A stretch of DNA of 64,000 nucleotides from Lepidodermella squamata (lineage: Eukaryota; Animalia; Gastrotricha), in contig JBLDXI010000032.1 in the NCBI GenBank assembly GCA_047495785.1, positions 1,054,001 to 1,118,000 on the forward strand, read 5' to 3'. A program made the position numbers and the translations under genes. The notes under the pieces were generated by a model. That model saw only the letters and a program-made list of their open reading frames with translations. It was not told the DNA's origin and ran no database searches. Positions within the stretch are counted from its first letter, which is position 1. The number at the start of each line of letters is the position of its first letter. Shown here one piece after another: positions 1 through 11,639 of this stretch.

Positions 1-2820
1 TACTGCGCCTGGCTGAGAACATCCGAACACTGCCTCGCCTCTCGCGCCGCCTGCTCGACATTCATCTTCGTCTTATCGCCATGCTCAGCGAGATACGTGA
101 AGTTCTTCTGCGCAGTTTTCAAGTCATTCACCGCCATTTGGACGATTTTCAGCGTCGATTTTTCGTCCCTCAACGAATGAGTGGCTAACCGCAGTAAGAC
201 CAGGCATAAATTGTAGAGGATAACCTTGTCGGAGGGGCAGACGTGACGCGCACGGACGATAACGCGCCGGCAGTCGTTCAACTTATCGGCCTTGTAATAG
301 GCACGGGCGAGGTTCATCAGCGCGTCTGTATCGTGTTCGCGGCCGAATTTTTTCATGCAGTTTTCGTACATTTGAATGGCGGCAATGTACTGCTTCTGTT
401 CGACGTAGATGTGGGCGATGTTCATCCAGACGTCGCAGAAATCGGCGGTGGATTCGCGGACTTGGGCGAAAATGTCGCGAGCTTCGGCGATGTGGCCTTT
501 GAAAGCGAGCAGACACCCGACGCCGTTGGTCGCCCAAATGTTGGCAGGGTCAACTTTGAGCACGTGTTTGAACATGGCCAGAGCTCTAAAAATATAAATA
601 AAATAAAATGATTATCTAAATCTAATCGAGGTGGGTCACTAATAGGCTACTTTTTCAACATTTACGGTAATGGCGTTTGAAAATTGAAGTCCTCAGAATT
701 TTCATTGATACAGACATTGATTTCTCTTTAAATTATCGAAAATTTTGACAAAATCGGATCATTTGATTTTCCACTTTATAAATTTTTTAATAATTTTTGA
801 AAAAATGAATTTACCTTTCGTAATGCTTGTCCTGCTTTGATTTGTCTTTCGTAGGCTGATACAGCGTCTCAAGCCACATGTTTCCGAGCGCAACGAGGGC
901 ATACGTATCATCCTTGTGCTTCTCAAGAATCCGCTCGAATTTTTTCTGAGCCAAGCCGAATTCTTTCTTGGACAAATGAATATTGCCGATTAGAGACCAC
1001 GCCTCAGGATTATCTTGATCAACACGGAAGGCTTCTTTGTAGTAGTCGAGAGCTTCGTGGACTTGACCACGGTCACGAGCCATGCAACCGAGCCGCAGAA
1101 AGCAGTCGATATAGCCACTCTGCTCGGACAAAAGTTGGCGATAAATTCGCTCGGCAACAACATCATCGTGCAAGGCCTCGTGGACTCTAGCTAAATTGTA
1201 CCGAATCGAAATCGACATCCCAGCATAGTAATTTCGGTCATGCTCGACCTCGGCCCGGCACCTATCCAACGCAGTTTGATACATTTCCTTCGCAACTTTC
1301 ATATTTCCAAGGCGGAAATTTAAAGAGGCGATGTTGTTCAAAATTTCAGGTGGCAAATCAGGAGACACGTTTTCTTTCAACAATTTCGACGCCTCTTCAT
1401 AGGCGTGGAGTGACGCTTGCAAATCTTGATCCTCCAAAATTTGAGCCAACTCAATCCAAGCTTCAATATCATCAGGCTGCTGCTTCGTTACGGCTTCAAG
1501 CAGCGTTTTCGCCTGTTGCCGTTTCTCAAGCGATGGCGAGTTTGAGTACAGTGAACCGAGAATTTTCATCGATTCGTAATTTTGCGGCATAGCTTTTAGC
1601 ACTTTTTCAAAACAAGTCGCCGCATTTTCTTTATCACCGCGATGAATATACATCTGCCCCAGGCCGAAATACGGTATCACAAATGAAGCGGGGGCGAATT
1701 GGGTCGATTGATAGTAGTACTGAAAGGCTTGATCATAGTCACCTTGAACGTGGAAAGCCCTCGCGAGCTGGTAGCAACTCTCAGCTCGCATGCCTTCATT
1801 CTCGGTATTGTGAAAAGCGTAAATAGCCAGATTATGGACCTTGGCGTAGTCCTTCTTATAGAATAGGTGATTTGACAGTAGATTCAGCACCATCGGGTTG
1901 TTGAAATCGATTGCATAGGCGCGACTCAGCAATTGAACAGCCGTTCGGACAGAGTCAACGTCCTTCTTATTAAGGTGGCACAGAGCCAACCCAACAAAAG
2001 CATCGACGTTGTTCTCATCGAGCTGAAGTACTCTTTCAAATGCAATGCGAGCTTCCTCCATCTTGTTCAATTTAAATTGGCAAAGACCGATTCCAAGCCT
2101 AAAATAAATGATTACTTCAAGGCGGGTTAGGAAATTTGTTGAATTTCAGACCTAATTCCAGGAGGTCCACTCGGGAAAGTTCTCAGCGCTTTACGATATA
2201 AATTCAAAGCACCCTTGTAGTCGCCTTTGCGAAATGAAAGACACGCTTTTCCGATCAAAGCTGGAACATTGTTCGGAGTCTCGCGTAAAACGTAAGAAAA
2301 TTGCTGATCTGCCTGGTCGAGTTTTTCGCCCTCCAGCAAGCAATAGTAAGCTCGGCACAGCAAGTGATTTGGTTCGTACATGATGATTCGATCGGCGGCG
2401 GAATAGAGTTGAAGCGCTTCCTTGAAAAAGTCACGCTTCTTCTCTTTCGCCTTTTCTCGGTATGCTTTTTGAACGTAATAGGCGCCAAGACTGTCCAAAC
2501 AACGCATTTTGTCTTTATCACTGCCTTCGTAGTTGGTACTCGCCATGTCCTTAGCATGCGTCAAAAATCTGACAAAATCGTCATGACGGCCTTGGTTGTA
2601 GTATTCAGACTAAATTAATTAAATGTAACGAAATCTTGTAAGTTTAATTGAAAAAACTTACAGCAAGGGTTATCCAGACATTTATTTGCGGTTGTTCCTG
2701 CTTCAAAATATCGAGGACCTCGTCACCTTCAGGCAGAGCATCCAAATCAAGCTCAATGACTTCATCGGTATTCTTCAGTGGAATTTCGATGCAGCCTTTA
2801 CTACCAACAGGCTGATCCAT
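1..2820 (-). CDS. CTR9: RNA polymerase-associated protein CTR9 (PAF1 complex TPR protein), 3'-partial; exons 2820-2662, 2609-2152, 2098-815, 585-<1
   Basis: The spliced translation reads [42 protein letters not shown]...[26 protein letters not shown]...[33 protein letters not shown] and follows metazoan CTR9 colinearly. GT-AG introns of 52, 53 and 229 nt keep the frame. Confidence 0.97.
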
Positions 2821-2993
2821 TCTAATAATTTATGAACAGTTCAACCTAGGCATAAATTCAGAAGTGAAAAAGTGCGTTTACTTGGAAGCAAGAATACTGT
2901 GCCAGATTTGAAAATATGTGCGATTATTAATACCAATATATTAATATTCATGGAAGCAAGGCTGGAATAACGTAGTAGAAAAACATTCATTTT

Positions 2994-4220
2994 TCAAAAA
3001 AACAGCGGACCCACTGGTGAACCAGTGGTCAGCGATGTCAAGCAGAATGGGCACGCTGCGACTGCATCAACGCCATTACCGCGCATAGCAACTTTTGCCC
3101 AAAACTTGGCCGTCTTTTCCGAAGCAATGTGACCACAAGCTCGGAAAAACCAAGTCGGCAAATCTGAATCAAAATACATTCGTGATTCATCTCCCATTTG
3201 CAACCGAATTAGAACATTTTCAGGGTCGGCATGTCGACAAACAGGGCATCCCTGTTTGCCCTTTCCCAAATCAGAATCAAGGTGTAGACCGCTGAGAACA
3301 TGACCACATAGCCTGAAAGCACAAGGATCCGATTCGGTAACAGGCTCTGGCGCAATGCCAACAACATTCGATGGCTGAGGATTTAATCGATCGGTAGTTT
3401 TCTGAGTATTCGGTCGTTTGATGATAAGAGTTTGCAGTGCTACAGGGCATTGGTTGTGCATGCCGTTGATCAAAGCTATATTTCGCTGCAAATCTTCATC
3501 GTCGAAGTTCCGGCTGGCCTCTGCAGATCGCCAAAGTAAGAGCAGTCCGCCAACGTCAATTATTGTGCCATCAACTAACTCATTAGTTTCATCTTGCACA
3601 ATATCATTCTTCAAGTTAGGTTTTGATCTTCGTTCCGTTGTCCGATAGAGCTTGCCCGAAACTGACACCTCACGCCACATGGGTTCCCAGTCATCCAAAG
3701 CTTGGCCTTCTCTGGGTGGATGTAGAAGCAAAATACCATTGGTAATTAGCGCATCATAATGACCATCGATTTCCCCTTTCATGGCGTTCTGGCCCAAAAA
3801 TATCTTCATACGATCGTCAAAACCAGCCGCGTAAATGCGAGCGGAATGTGGCGCTGTCCGATTTATGACTATACGCGCGGAATAACGCGAGACTGTCGGA
3901 ATGTTGATTAGCTGAACGTCATTTTTCTTTGATAGAGCTCTACCAATTTGAAACATGTCCTTATCTTGAACTGATTCAAAAGAAACAACCACGTCAGCGT
4001 CGTCAAGTTCGAAAGACATAGCAGCCTCATTGCTAGAAGCCATGTGCTCTTGTGCAGCTGATTTTTTCAGCAGCTCTGTCCTAGACGGCATGACAGCAGT
4101 AGCAATATCCGGTCGCCTGAGGACCAACCGACGTTGTGGAATAAGGGATGAAAGCTCTCCTTTCTCGGCACCGATAACAACAAGTTCGCCATATTTTCTG
4201 CCTGGTTCCATGACACTCAT
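2994..4220 (-). CDS. PELI: Pellino E3 ubiquitin ligase (FHA core + RING-like), intronless; probable start ATG 4220 (or 4211)
   Basis: Pellino motifs KYGELVVIG, DMFQIGR, SRYSARI, RIYAAGFD, IFLG, ITNGILL, WREVSVSG, TNELVDGTIIDVGGLLLLWR, QCPV, CGHV, CPVCR, CGHIASEKTAKFW, AACPFC. The ORF part upstream of MSVMEPG lies beyond an acceptor-like TTTTGTTACAG. Confidence 0.93.
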   Translation of the reverse strand: MSVMEPGRKYGELVVIGAEKGELSSLIPQRRLVLRRPDIATAVMPSRTELLKKSAAQEHMASSNEAAMSFELDDADVVVSFESVQDKDMFQIGRALSKKNDVQLINIPTVSRYSARIVINRTAPHSARIYAAGFDDRMKIFLGQNAMKGEIDGHYDALITNGILLLHPPREGQALDDWEPMWREVSVSGKLYRTTERRSKPNLKNDIVQDETNELVDGTIIDVGGLLLLWRSAEASRNFDDEDLQRNIALINGMHNQCPVALQTLIIKRPNTQKTTDRLNPQPSNVVGIAPEPVTESDPCAFRLCGHVLSGLHLDSDLGKGKQGCPVCRHADPENVLIRLQMGDESRMYFDSDLPTWFFRACGHIASEKTAKFWAKVAMRGNGVDAVAACPFCLTSLTTGSPVGPLFF

Positions 4221-4608
4221 GAAGAATGGTAGAAGCAAAAATATCTGTAACAAAACTGAAAACTTGAAACCGGAACTTAAGACCAGCCAATACGGAAAGA
4301 AAGAAGAAACTTGGGCCGCCAGCATTTCGGTACGGACCAATCCATTTATGGCATGTAATTTGCTTTTCATGTATGATAAAAATCAAAGTATTTTCTCAGC
4401 CGAAATTTTTTTATATTTGCAAGTTTAGACATTTTTCAAATTTTATTGCCGCAGTATTTTCAAATCGAAAAGCACGGGACGGCTCATCAATGATCGATCG
4501 AAGTGCGACGTAGATCTTTCGATTGGATTATAGTACCCAGGATCTCAGATGAAACCTTGGTGTATGACTCCAATGTTACTGTCTTAAGAATAGACGAAAA
4601 CAGACATT

Positions 4609-5655
4609 ATGCTTGCTCATTTTTCTCAAAACAGCTCTTTGCTCACCAAGTTTTGGCAGTGTTTCATCCTTCTTTCAGTGTCCTCCTTTCCATACCTCAC
4701 GAGATCAGCCGAATTCATTCTTCAAGGCAGTCCAGCGAGAGAGCTGTGTGAAAATGTGTTCTCAAACTACCTCTCATATCGAATAAATTTTGGATGCTCG
4801 TTGAATTCTGCCGCGGAGCTGTCGAGCGAGTCTGCGAATGACACAATGGAACAGTTACCCTCGAAAGCGTGCTCATCTCATATCATTGTACCTCCTTGGT
4901 TCGGTTACAGTGGCGCTTTCTTCTTCGTTCGTATTTTCAAATTGTCGAAATACGCAGCTGATTCTCGTGTGCTGTTTTATGCTGCCGATAATAGGAAGAA
5001 AAGCCGAAATAAGGATAAGGTATTTGACAGCGATTCAGATTGCTTAGCTCATCAACCTGGCGAATGCAATTTAGCTCTTACTTTATTCACGGTGCCAACT
5101 GCCCATCTGGAAATAGTATTTTTTGGCGGACCTGATATTTCCTGCAATCCTTACTCATTGCTCATTGACTTTGCCGTCACTGTTGCGACACACTCGTTGA
5201 CAACACCGACGACTGGACCGACGATTGGCTGCCCAATGGGCTTTATTTACTGCGAAAAGTTGCTGATGTGTTTTCACGAGTCACAGTTTACAGAATCATG
5301 CATATCGGATAAAATTGTCGTGGAAGAAGGATTGAAGAAGAATAATCCGTGGGCAGATACCAACCCATTCGCTGCCGGGGTTCCCCTTACCCTAATCGTT
5401 GCACCGATTATCATCGGGGCGATAATATTTGCGCTGACTCCATTTATTTCAGCCAGAATAAGGAAATATTACGCTGATCGTTTGGGATCATCAAGCAGCA
5501 GCTCCAGTTCCAACCTTCGTGACCAACTCCGACCGAACACGCAGCCGGCGGCTGTTTATTCCATACCTTTATCAACGCTCGACAATCATGTGAATGGAGA
5601 GTATTTACCTCCAACCTACGACGATTTTATGCTTTCTGTTGATTCTAAAGCTTGA
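4609..5655 (+). CDS. Array gene 1: type I membrane protein, divergent family ectodomain, PPxY tail
   Basis: Hydrophobic N-terminus; INFGCS, FVRIFKL and VFDSDSDC family motifs; TM VPLTLIVAPIIIGAIIFALTPFI; tail YLPPTYDDF. Confidence 0.85.
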   Translation: MLAHFSQNSSLLTKFWQCFILLSVSSFPYLTRSAEFILQGSPARELCENVFSNYLSYRINFGCSLNSAAELSSESANDTMEQLPSKACSSHIIVPPWFGYSGAFFFVRIFKLSKYAADSRVLFYAADNRKKSRNKDKVFDSDSDCLAHQPGECNLALTLFTVPTAHLEIVFFGGPDISCNPYSLLIDFAVTVATHSLTTPTTGPTIGCPMGFIYCEKLLMCFHESQFTESCISDKIVVEEGLKKNNPWADTNPFAAGVPLTLIVAPIIIGAIIFALTPFISARIRKYYADRLGSSSSSSSSNLRDQLRPNTQPAAVYSIPLSTLDNHVNGEYLPPTYDDFMLSVDSKA

Positions 5656-5845
5656 AATTGAATTTAATTCTTCTGGTTGTGCGAATTTTTATTTTGGTGT
5701 ACCTATTTCTATATTTTATCCTCCAAGAGGAGACGTTGTTGTGGCTAAGGACCATCCCATGTGGCTTTATTGAAATTAAATCTCTATATTATTGTTCATA
5801 ATACTTGTTTATTTATTTTAGGTGGTTAATCAAATTGAATGATAA

Positions 5846-6232
5846 ATGTCCCAATATTCGTTGGCCATTACCGTATGTGCCCCTTTTGTGCTATTGGTCG
5901 TGGTTCTATTAATTCTGGCGATGCTATGGTACATGTGTAAACATCGTCCTAGCTACGGCGATGTGGTACATCATCACTTTGAGATATTTAGTCGAGCGAA
6001 TTCTACGATCGCTTCAACTTCCAGCGCTGAAACAAGCAGTGATGCAGATGATCTTCCTCATTACGATACTCTTCCGCCTCCTAACTACGAAGAAGTAGCG
6101 AAATTGATGGCTGCGAGTAATTCTTATAGAAGATCTAATGAATGCGATACTTACATCGATCTTCCGATTCCACCTGTTCATAATACCACATTAAAAGATG
6201 CGATGAACGCAAAGCACAACAATTTGATATGA
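5846..6232 (+). CDS. Array gene 2: small N-terminally anchored membrane protein with LPxY and PPxY motifs, no ectodomain
   Basis: TM ITVCAPFVLLVVVLLILAMLWYMC followed by DLPHYDTLPPPNYEEV; acceptor-like TTTTAG ending at 5821. Confidence 0.8.
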   Translation: MSQYSLAITVCAPFVLLVVVLLILAMLWYMCKHRPSYGDVVHHHFEIFSRANSTIASTSSAETSSDADDLPHYDTLPPPNYEEVAKLMAASNSYRRSNECDTYIDLPIPPVHNTTLKDAMNAKHNNLI

Positions 6233-6494
6233 ACTGCTGATTTCTTGTTGCTACAAACTATCAAACAATATAAGCATATATTTGTATTATTGAAAATATC
6301 AAAGTCATAATTTGAAACGATTTGATTTTAATTGCTCAAAATGAGACGTTTCATGATTGTTGAGCTTCCGAGTGACATTGTTGTAATTTGTTATATATTT
6401 GAAAAAGCGAGAATTTTTAATACGATATTATTTATTTTTCATTTTAGATTATTATTTTTGCGAGATTTCCGAAGGGCGTCGATACTAACTTTGC

Positions 6495-7856
6495 ATGCTT
6501 TTAATTCCTAGAAAGTTTATTTTTATGATTTTATTACACCTGAATTGTTGCGATTCTGGATTTCATACATTTTTAATATTGGCCGGTATATTATGCTTCA
6601 ACACGGCTCAGTCGTTCGATGACAACGTGCCTGGACCTGTCGACGACGATATTGATGACTTTGTAGCCCGGAAGAACGAAGCAGCGTCTGGCACTATAAT
6701 CCGCCGAGTTTATTTCGGCTGTTCTCAATGGACCGATGAATCTTGCACGACAAATTTATCCGCTGCATTTTTAACGCAGTTTCAACAACAGGGCTCATCA
6801 ATATCCGCCCTTTTTAACCCGTTTGCGTCGACTTTCGTAAGCGTGGTCCGATTTTTTAATTACAATAACGTGAGACTACGAGTTTTCGCGCTGAAAAGCG
6901 ACCGATCTCGAGTCACGTTGTTCGATACGGATCAAAAATGTCGAACATCGGCCACGTCTGAGAATTGCTGGGCTTTTATGGCCTTAAACAGCTTTATTGA
7001 CGCAGATCGGCTTAACTGCCCACCCTGCGTTTGGAATTCCAAGTTTCAGGTTAAAGTGCCTTCTTATTCGTTCAAAAATTTGGTCGTATTGTTGGAAAGA
7101 GTGAAAAGTTCGTATCGATCATGTGGCAAGACGATAATTCGAGCTGATTTTATCGAAAATCCTACAAAAACCGGTGGATCGATTTTGGACTCGATTTTAC
7201 GAGACCCGTTACTTGGGGCAAACACCTTAATGTCTACCAGTGATGACCCTCAATGCGAGGCGAGGGACGAGGCGATAGGACAGGGCACTGAGTTATTTTT
7301 ATGCGTAAGCGAACCCTCCCTGTGGTCACCGCTAAAGGGGATACCGACTTTCGGGACGGAGTTATGCTCAGTATCCGTCGCGGTTCAACCAGCTGGTTCG
7401 AACCCGGATTCGACGTATTTGAATAACAGGTCTCGCGGCGTAACGGCCGGTTTAAGCGTGAATCGCACGATTTTCATCGGTGTAGTCCTGCCAATATCGG
7501 CGTTTGTCATTGCCGCGACTGTTATTTGGTGTTATCGCCAGAAATGTGCGCCTACTCTATTACCGAGTAGTCCAAATATTCACTATCAAAACAGGCCGAA
7601 TCCATCGGCGACAGGGCAGAATACTCAACAAATCGTTATGATAAGTAATTCCGAAACAATTCCACTTGTTAATCGTACTACTGTTGCTGCTCCTGTTGCT
7701 GTTGTTCCAAGCGGTGCATTACCACCATCTTACGAGGAATGCATACAGGCTAACCAGCCATTATTAGGCAAAGAACCGGGTGATAACACACTACTTGCTT
7801 CCACATCGTCGAATATTGCAGCTAATAGTAGTAGTAATGACAACAAATCTGACTAG
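6495..7856 (+). CDS. Array gene 3: type I membrane protein, family ectodomain, PPxY tail
   Basis: VYFGCS, LRVFAL, LFDTDQKC; TM IFIGVVLPISAFVIAATVIWCY; LPPSYEEC. Confidence 0.85.
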   Translation: MLLIPRKFIFMILLHLNCCDSGFHTFLILAGILCFNTAQSFDDNVPGPVDDDIDDFVARKNEAASGTIIRRVYFGCSQWTDESCTTNLSAAFLTQFQQQGSSISALFNPFASTFVSVVRFFNYNNVRLRVFALKSDRSRVTLFDTDQKCRTSATSENCWAFMALNSFIDADRLNCPPCVWNSKFQVKVPSYSFKNLVVLLERVKSSYRSCGKTIIRADFIENPTKTGGSILDSILRDPLLGANTLMSTSDDPQCEARDEAIGQGTELFLCVSEPSLWSPLKGIPTFGTELCSVSVAVQPAGSNPDSTYLNNRSRGVTAGLSVNRTIFIGVVLPISAFVIAATVIWCYRQKCAPTLLPSSPNIHYQNRPNPSATGQNTQQIVMISNSETIPLVNRTTVAAPVAVVPSGALPPSYEECIQANQPLLGKEPGDNTLLASTSSNIAANSSSNDNKSD

Positions 7857-8255
7857 AATTGTAGAAAAACTGATATCGAAAAATATTATAGTCTTCGAGC
7901 GGCTCAACAAATCTTAACACCACGATGATTACTTCATTTTTCTACGATATAAACGGCAATGTGCAAACACGAATGGTGCTCAGTTTGAAAAATATGTACA
8001 GATATGTAAACCCATTTTACCTTATATATATATATATACGCATGAATTATCTGAAATTATCCATTCTTGTCATAATTAAACGTGCCATTTCAAACCTATT
8101 TTCTTGGCGTTGTTTCCTGTAAAAAATCTGAAATTTTCCGTTTCTCCATAATATCTTGTTGATATTTTTTGTATTAAAAATAACTGATCTTAATTTATTT
8201 TTTCTGATTTTTAGGGACCAAATTTATCTGAAAGAATGGAAGCTCAATATTAATA

Positions 8256-8849
8256 ATGGTTGTGTGGATTTTGCCGATTTTTCTGGTCGAATTAGCGGCT
8301 GGTCAAAATGAGAATTCATCTTCGGATTCTAATCAGACTGAATTCGTCGTGTCTCGAGTAACTACAACTTCAACTATCATTCCCAGTCAGACGAGTCTCA
8401 TTTTCCCGCCTCTCTACTCATACGCAGCGTATCACAAAACCGAACTAGTCCTATCGGTTGTTCCGATAGTTATTACAACTTTGAGTTTCGTGATAATCTC
8501 AATGATAGCCGTGAGATGCGCGAGAATTTGCAAGCTGAGACGCGAACGGGAGTTACGTTTGCGTCAACATGAGCGCCGATTCGCCGAGTTACAGGCGCAT
8601 TTCAACGCAAATTCACCACCGGCTGTTCAACCGAATGATGTCCTTGTGGCGTATGACCTGGGCGACCAGCCACCGCCTAGTTATTCCACGTCTACGGTGT
8701 CGATTTCTGACGCTTCTCACACTTCTGGTGCAAATTCTATGCCTGATCTTGCCTTTGCTATCTCGGATGGGAAAGTTTCAACGGCTTTAGATGCGCCTCC
8801 GCCTGATTATAAGGAATTTGTTTCTGCTATGAATAAGGCTGATTCATAG
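8256..8849 (+). CDS. Array gene 4: short type I membrane protein with S/T-rich stalk and two PPxY motifs
   Basis: Signal MVVWILPIFLVELAAG; TM LVLSVVPIVITTLSFVIISMIAV; PPPSY and PPPDY. Confidence 0.83.
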   Translation: MVVWILPIFLVELAAGQNENSSSDSNQTEFVVSRVTTTSTIIPSQTSLIFPPLYSYAAYHKTELVLSVVPIVITTLSFVIISMIAVRCARICKLRRERELRLRQHERRFAELQAHFNANSPPAVQPNDVLVAYDLGDQPPPSYSTSTVSISDASHTSGANSMPDLAFAISDGKVSTALDAPPPDYKEFVSAMNKADS

Positions 8850-9149
8850 TTTGTTGTGCCTGAAAATTGTTTATTTTAAATTAGCGTGCGAAAAAACGGT
8901 GAATCTCTTACAGTCGTCTAATCTATTCTTTTAATTATGCTACTTTCACGGGTACATTTGAATCTCAGGTTTTCATGGTTAATATATTTTATTACCTAAT
9001 AAATTTTAATTTTATTGTTAAAAATTGCTGTTTTCTTCATTTAGATTTATTAATGTCTGGTTAATTCGCCCTTCAGACGATTGCAAGTGGCAACCAATGT
9101 TGGAGATTTCCGGTCTCCCTTGGCTTTATTATTGAAAAACGTGCCGGAA

Positions 9150-10130
9150 ATGAGTAATACTCCGTGTCGAATTTTTGCGCTTGCTATTGTTATGAAATTC
9201 GTGGGTGCAAGCGAGGAGCCATCTGCTTTCGATTCGAATCAGACAGCTATTACAACTTCTACCACTTCGACTACTACTACTACCGCCTATAGCCACGAGC
9301 AACAGTCAGTTTATATCGGCTGCAGTGATGTTAACCGCGAGAATCGGTCTGAATCGTGGTGCTTTGGCACATTTTCACGCAAAGATCTCAAAAACTACTT
9401 CAATCTGAGCAAAAATGACATAACTTCAGATATCAAAATTTACGTCAATCGATTGCAAATTGACTCGAGAATCAAAATCTACGGGCTTGAACATCAGTAT
9501 TCGTTAACCTCAATCGGCAAAATTTTGGATGATATCAACGAGAATTTAGCTGAAAGAGGTGATAATTTATTCGACTCATTGCCTGATTGCCCGGGCGCTA
9601 TATCCGAGCAATGTGAATTTGTTGTGAAACAAAATTGGTGGTCAAAGTATATTTCTTTCGGCTTAATTCTGTCTAACCCGATGGAAAATTGGTGCTCCTA
9701 TGGCTATCAAATTCGTCTGGCGTGGTTCAAAAATGAGCTAAATATTCCTCTGGAAAATATTCCGACTTCTGAGCAATTTCCTTGCTCGAAATTAGCCATT
9801 TTCGATAATTCGTCTAGTCCCTCCGCCGCTCGATTTTGCTTCGAAGATTCGCCAATTTTTTCAGCATCCAACTGTTCAGTAGGATCGAAACCTATGAAAA
9901 TTGAATTCTCAACTGGCTCAACTTCATCGAAGCCGATTTTTGATGGAAGCTTTCCAAATATCGCGTATTATTTATACGAATATTGGTATATTTTACCCGC
10001 GATCATGGTGCTCTGGCTTGTCATTTGGCAATCTCGTGGCATGTGGTTGAAACACATCAAGCGTGTCAGATCTTATTTTATGGAGCTACCAGCCCCGCAA
10101 TACGACTATACGGCGACCTCTCAAATGTAA
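9150..10130 (+). CDS. Array gene 5: family ectodomain, TM, degenerate PY tail (LPAPQY)
   Basis: ATG 9150; signal; T-rich stalk; SVYIGCS, IKIYGL, LFDS..DC, WCSYGY..RLAW, FCFED; TM YWYILPAIMVLWLVIW. Confidence 0.85.
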   Translation: MSNTPCRIFALAIVMKFVGASEEPSAFDSNQTAITTSTTSTTTTTAYSHEQQSVYIGCSDVNRENRSESWCFGTFSRKDLKNYFNLSKNDITSDIKIYVNRLQIDSRIKIYGLEHQYSLTSIGKILDDINENLAERGDNLFDSLPDCPGAISEQCEFVVKQNWWSKYISFGLILSNPMENWCSYGYQIRLAWFKNELNIPLENIPTSEQFPCSKLAIFDNSSSPSAARFCFEDSPIFSASNCSVGSKPMKIEFSTGSTSSKPIFDGSFPNIAYYLYEYWYILPAIMVLWLVIWQSRGMWLKHIKRVRSYFMELPAPQYDYTATSQM

Positions 10131-10280
10131 CAGTGTGCTAGATATTTCGATATTATTACTGTAAAAAAAATCCGGTGCCATTCAGTATTATTTTTACATT
10201 ATTTTGTGGTATAATTTTATGTTTGCTTAAAAAATTGTAGACGATATTTGCGTTTTGCCAAATTTTAGACGTGTTTTAAG

Positions 10281-11195
10281 ATGAAATTGATTGATATTTT
10301 CATCGCGTTTTCTTGCGTCAGCGCCGAAATTTTCAGAGAGCGAGAAATTACGATAGTCTTTCGATTAGCCACCGTATCATCTTTAGGCGACAATTTTCCT
10401 TCCGATTATTCGAATTCGATTTCTATCGGTTGCAATGACACGAGAGCTAGCGACGGCTCTCAGCCGTGTTTCTTTACAGTGAAAACCGCCGATTTGAAGC
10501 GATTCGTCCATTTAGACTACGACGTACCCGGGCCTCACATTTTGCTGTATCAACTCGCTTCAAAGGCTAAAATAACGATTCAGGGCCTTGATTTGTCGCA
10601 AATTCACGACGAATCTGTGCGGCAAATAATCGCCGATTCATTTCGAAATTACGCTGGCGATATAGGAAGCGCTTCGATTTCAACAATTTTCCACTCGAAA
10701 CATGAATGCTCGATTTGGTTCTCATCGTCTTCGATTCAAAATCGAGCATGTATTATTACTTTTGAAAATAATTGGCTGCAAAAATTTGATATTTTGAAAT
10801 TCATATTGACCGGATATCAGGAAAATTCCTGTCAGCATGGTTATTTGCTCTACGCAAGATTTTTAGCCTCGAAATTTGATTTCAACCCCGCGAAAAAATA
10901 TTTGCATGACAGTTTTAATTGTAAAAAATCGTCGTTTTTCACCGATTTTTACAGCTCATCGCCGATTCAGATGTGTTTCGATGAGCCGAAATCGTCGAGT
11001 CTCTCAAAATGCGCGAAATTTGAGTTTGAATCCGACCCGGCTAATGACAGTATTTCCGGGATAATATCAAAATATTGGTACGTAATCGTCGGATTTTTTG
11101 CCACTGTAATTTGTATAACAATTTTCGGACAATGCCGACGCCAATGGTCGATTTGGTTCTCAAATGGCCGGTCGAGATATAACCGTCCGCCTTAA
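10281..11195 (+). CDS. Array gene 6: family ectodomain, TM, short tail without a PY motif
   Basis: SISIGCND, ITIQGL, IFHSKHEC, GYQENSCQHGYLLYARF, MCFDE; TM YWYVIVGFFATVICITIFG. Confidence 0.87.
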   Translation: MKLIDIFIAFSCVSAEIFREREITIVFRLATVSSLGDNFPSDYSNSISIGCNDTRASDGSQPCFFTVKTADLKRFVHLDYDVPGPHILLYQLASKAKITIQGLDLSQIHDESVRQIIADSFRNYAGDIGSASISTIFHSKHECSIWFSSSSIQNRACIITFENNWLQKFDILKFILTGYQENSCQHGYLLYARFLASKFDFNPAKKYLHDSFNCKKSSFFTDFYSSSPIQMCFDEPKSSSLSKCAKFEFESDPANDSISGIISKYWYVIVGFFATVICITIFGQCRRQWSIWFSNGRSRYNRPP

Positions 11196-11639
11196 TTAAA
11201 GATGCTTAGTCCTAATTTTTGCCCGCTCACCCCCTTTCCCTTTAGTAAATTATTTTTTCGTTGTGTGATATGGTGCGTTTTATTTTTTAGTTTATTAATT
11301 AAATTAGTCTCATTTTGCGCTAATACATAAAAAGGTACCATGTATTAGTTGATTTATGCATGAGCCTCATTGTTTAGGCGTGAAGCTGTGTTTCTATTTT
11401 TTGGAACTAGGTTTCCTAGTGGTTAGAACACTCTATTACTGCGCTCAATCATATGCTTATTTTATTGATTTTTTCCCCTAGGTCCCACTCCATAGTAGAG
11501 TACTAAAATTCCCTTGGCAAATATCGTATTTCGCATGCGTTTTTCTCGTGCCTTGTATTTGATAATTTCATTTCTCTAGGTCCAGCTTTCTTTTTATGAT
11601 ATTGTTCTGTTTTGCATAAATCGGGCGCCGATCATCGTT

